NCBI GenBank assembly: GCA_013265495.1
Contig: MU058065.1
Location: 9,217,819 to 9,281,818 of the forward strand
Reading direction: 5' to 3'
Length of the DNA: 64,000 nt
DNA from: Vicugna vicugna
Taxonomy: Eukaryota
Under the pieces are notes generated by a model that saw nothing but the letters and a program-made list of their open reading frames with translations, had not been told where the DNA came from and made no database searches. Both the position numbers and the translations under genes were made by a program. Below are positions 62,149 through 64,000 of the stretch, piece after piece. The first letter of the stretch is position 1, and every line of letters begins with the position of its first letter.

Positions 62149-64000
62149 CCCACTTTGTCCCTTGTGTCTGTCCTGAGCAGGATTTTCCAGAGAACTTTGT
62201 ATAGCCATGTATCTGGAGTTTGAGATTTGGCTGCAGTTAGGTCCATAATCACTGGAATAAGCAAAATAGCCTGGACTTTTAATATTTCTTGTCAATTTAC
62301 CTAAAAGAAAACTTATTTTCATCTAAAATATGCGTATATTTGTGTTTGTGTGCATATATGTGTACATGTGTGCTCCATTATTTGGAACAGTTATTTTGTC
62401 TGTAAATGCCTTCTAGTCTTCTAATAATATAATGTGTAGAAAGACCAGAAATTTATGTCAAGGAAGAAGAATGTACATAATACACGTGAGAGGGTAGTTG
62501 AGGATGGGGAGCAGAGAATGCTGCTGAGAGAGCAGGGTGTCGAGAAAGAAAGCCTGGAGGTGAGTTGTGTCAGAGGCCAAACTATATGGTGGAATGCATG
62601 GTCCATTCAGGAGAGTTGGCCCACAGTTGGAGACCAGACAGCAGAGGATGTCAGGAACTGGGAGGGCAGCCTCACCTGAACTTGAAAGCCAGAGAGCCTA
62701 GGAACAGAGTATCCCAAAGTCACAGAAGAAGAGTTCCAGTTTGGACTGGTGGGTAGAGGGAAATGTAGCACTTAGAAGTCAGGTGAAATTTAATAGTATA
62801 TAAACTCTTTGTGCATGATTGAGGCCAGGTTGGCCTGATTGAGCAACAGGAGTGTGAACGTACGGTTCACCAGCCTTTAGGTAGTTATGCCCTTAGAACA
62901 ATGGAGGATGTGTCACGGGACCATGGATGCCCTTCGGAGGAAGGATATTGCCAAGATGAAATGACTGACGTTCTCAGTTACAGTCTTTAAAAGCAGACAG
63001 CAGAAACCAGCCATCGCAGACCCCCAGGATCTATTTAGACCCATTTTCATAATCCAGAAAGCAAACTGGAGGGATACTTTAACCACTGAAGAAATACCCA
63101 CCCTCCCATCACAGTTCTCAGGGCTCCATGAGATCTTCTGCTTCCCCTGCACCATGTTTGCTAGTACTCCCATGAGAACTTGATGGGACCTGCGTAGATT
63201 CTTGGTGCTCAGTGGCTTCTCTTATTAGTCGATGCTTTTGTGGTGTTCATAGGCTTTGAAGCACATGTTAGGCAATGCGCCCAAAGTCGCATTCAAGTTG
63301 TTCATTTATTATTTCTTCAGTGGTGGGAAATGGGGCTGGGAGCCACCTGCAGGTCTCCCCATGAGGAATGGCAGCACTGAGATGTGTCGCCTCACCCCTA
63401 TAGGTAGGGGTACCGCCACTCAACCTGGCGAAGGTACTCCTACCCTTGGACAGTCGCCCCAGGGCAAAGTCTTGCAAGAAGGCAAGATCTGACTGCCTAG
63501 ACGTGGGTTCCTGTGTCACTCTGTTGTCATTTAATAGTTGAATATTTCCCAGATCCTGACTATGGAACATTAGAACTAGGATATTCAATGAGAAACAGAT
63601 TCTGTGGCAAATAAATTTGGGAAATGCTGCTTTCTAGATCTTTTCTCCATGCTCCTCTAAGAAACCATTTAATAAGGGAACCTATTTCATGTCCTCTAAC
63701 TCACTGTGGCCCCAAATTCATTTAGCTTTGGACTTTATTTCCCCTAAACATCTATTGTCATTCCTTGGGATTCACTATTAAAAGGATCAGGTTTTAGGAA
63801 GCAGATGCTGAGAGGAGACGTACTGATAGCGGAAGGAGAAATCCAGCAAAACCGAATTTGTCCCACCTTACCAGTGTGAGCTGAGAACCCCTCGTGTGCC
63901 TCAGGTGGCCTGGTTCTTTTAGCAACATGCTTTCTACTAGCAGAGCCTAAGGAAGCAACCAGGACGTGACTTGGAAGGTCTGTATTTCTTGTATTCACAT

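Noticed and set aside
54267..64000. Next MYO1B exon (expected to begin EASKLVMSYVAAV)
   Set aside because: Not found on reading this interval. It presumably lies beyond the window end.
1..64000. CRISPR-like arrays, operons, viral or horizontally acquired genes, or another novel multi-gene system
   Set aside because: I saw no regularly spaced repeat-spacer array, no long intact ORF and no compositionally foreign segment. The window is explained by one intron-rich host gene plus common repeats.

Overview
This is mammalian genomic DNA from the 5' part of the unconventional myosin gene MYO1B on the + strand. Three coding exons are visible: 5239-5373 (start codon, MAKMEVKTSLL...), 22674-22789 (NPY motif) and 54172-54266 (P-loop GESGAGKT). 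They splice in frame across GT-AG introns of 17,300 and 31,382 bp. The promoter/first exon and the downstream exons appear to lie outside the window. The rest is intron with typical eutherian repeats: MIR, L2, L1, MaLR/MER21 LTRs, MER2, Tigger1 and MER5 DNA-transposon relics, and microsatellites. Four copies of a tRNA-derived SINE match my recollection of the camelid Vic-1 family, suggesting camel, alpaca or llama. I found no convincing novel biological system, and nearly all listed ORFs are chance or repeat-derived. The oddities most worth checking are an unexplained ~235-bp diverged direct repeat (8775/9639), a multi-fragment L1 mosaic inside a single target-site duplication (42383-43818), a SINE sitting at an apparent L1 deletion junction, and a tiny young L1 stub with a perfect 16-bp TSD. 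Repeat family names are from memory and their boundaries are approximate.
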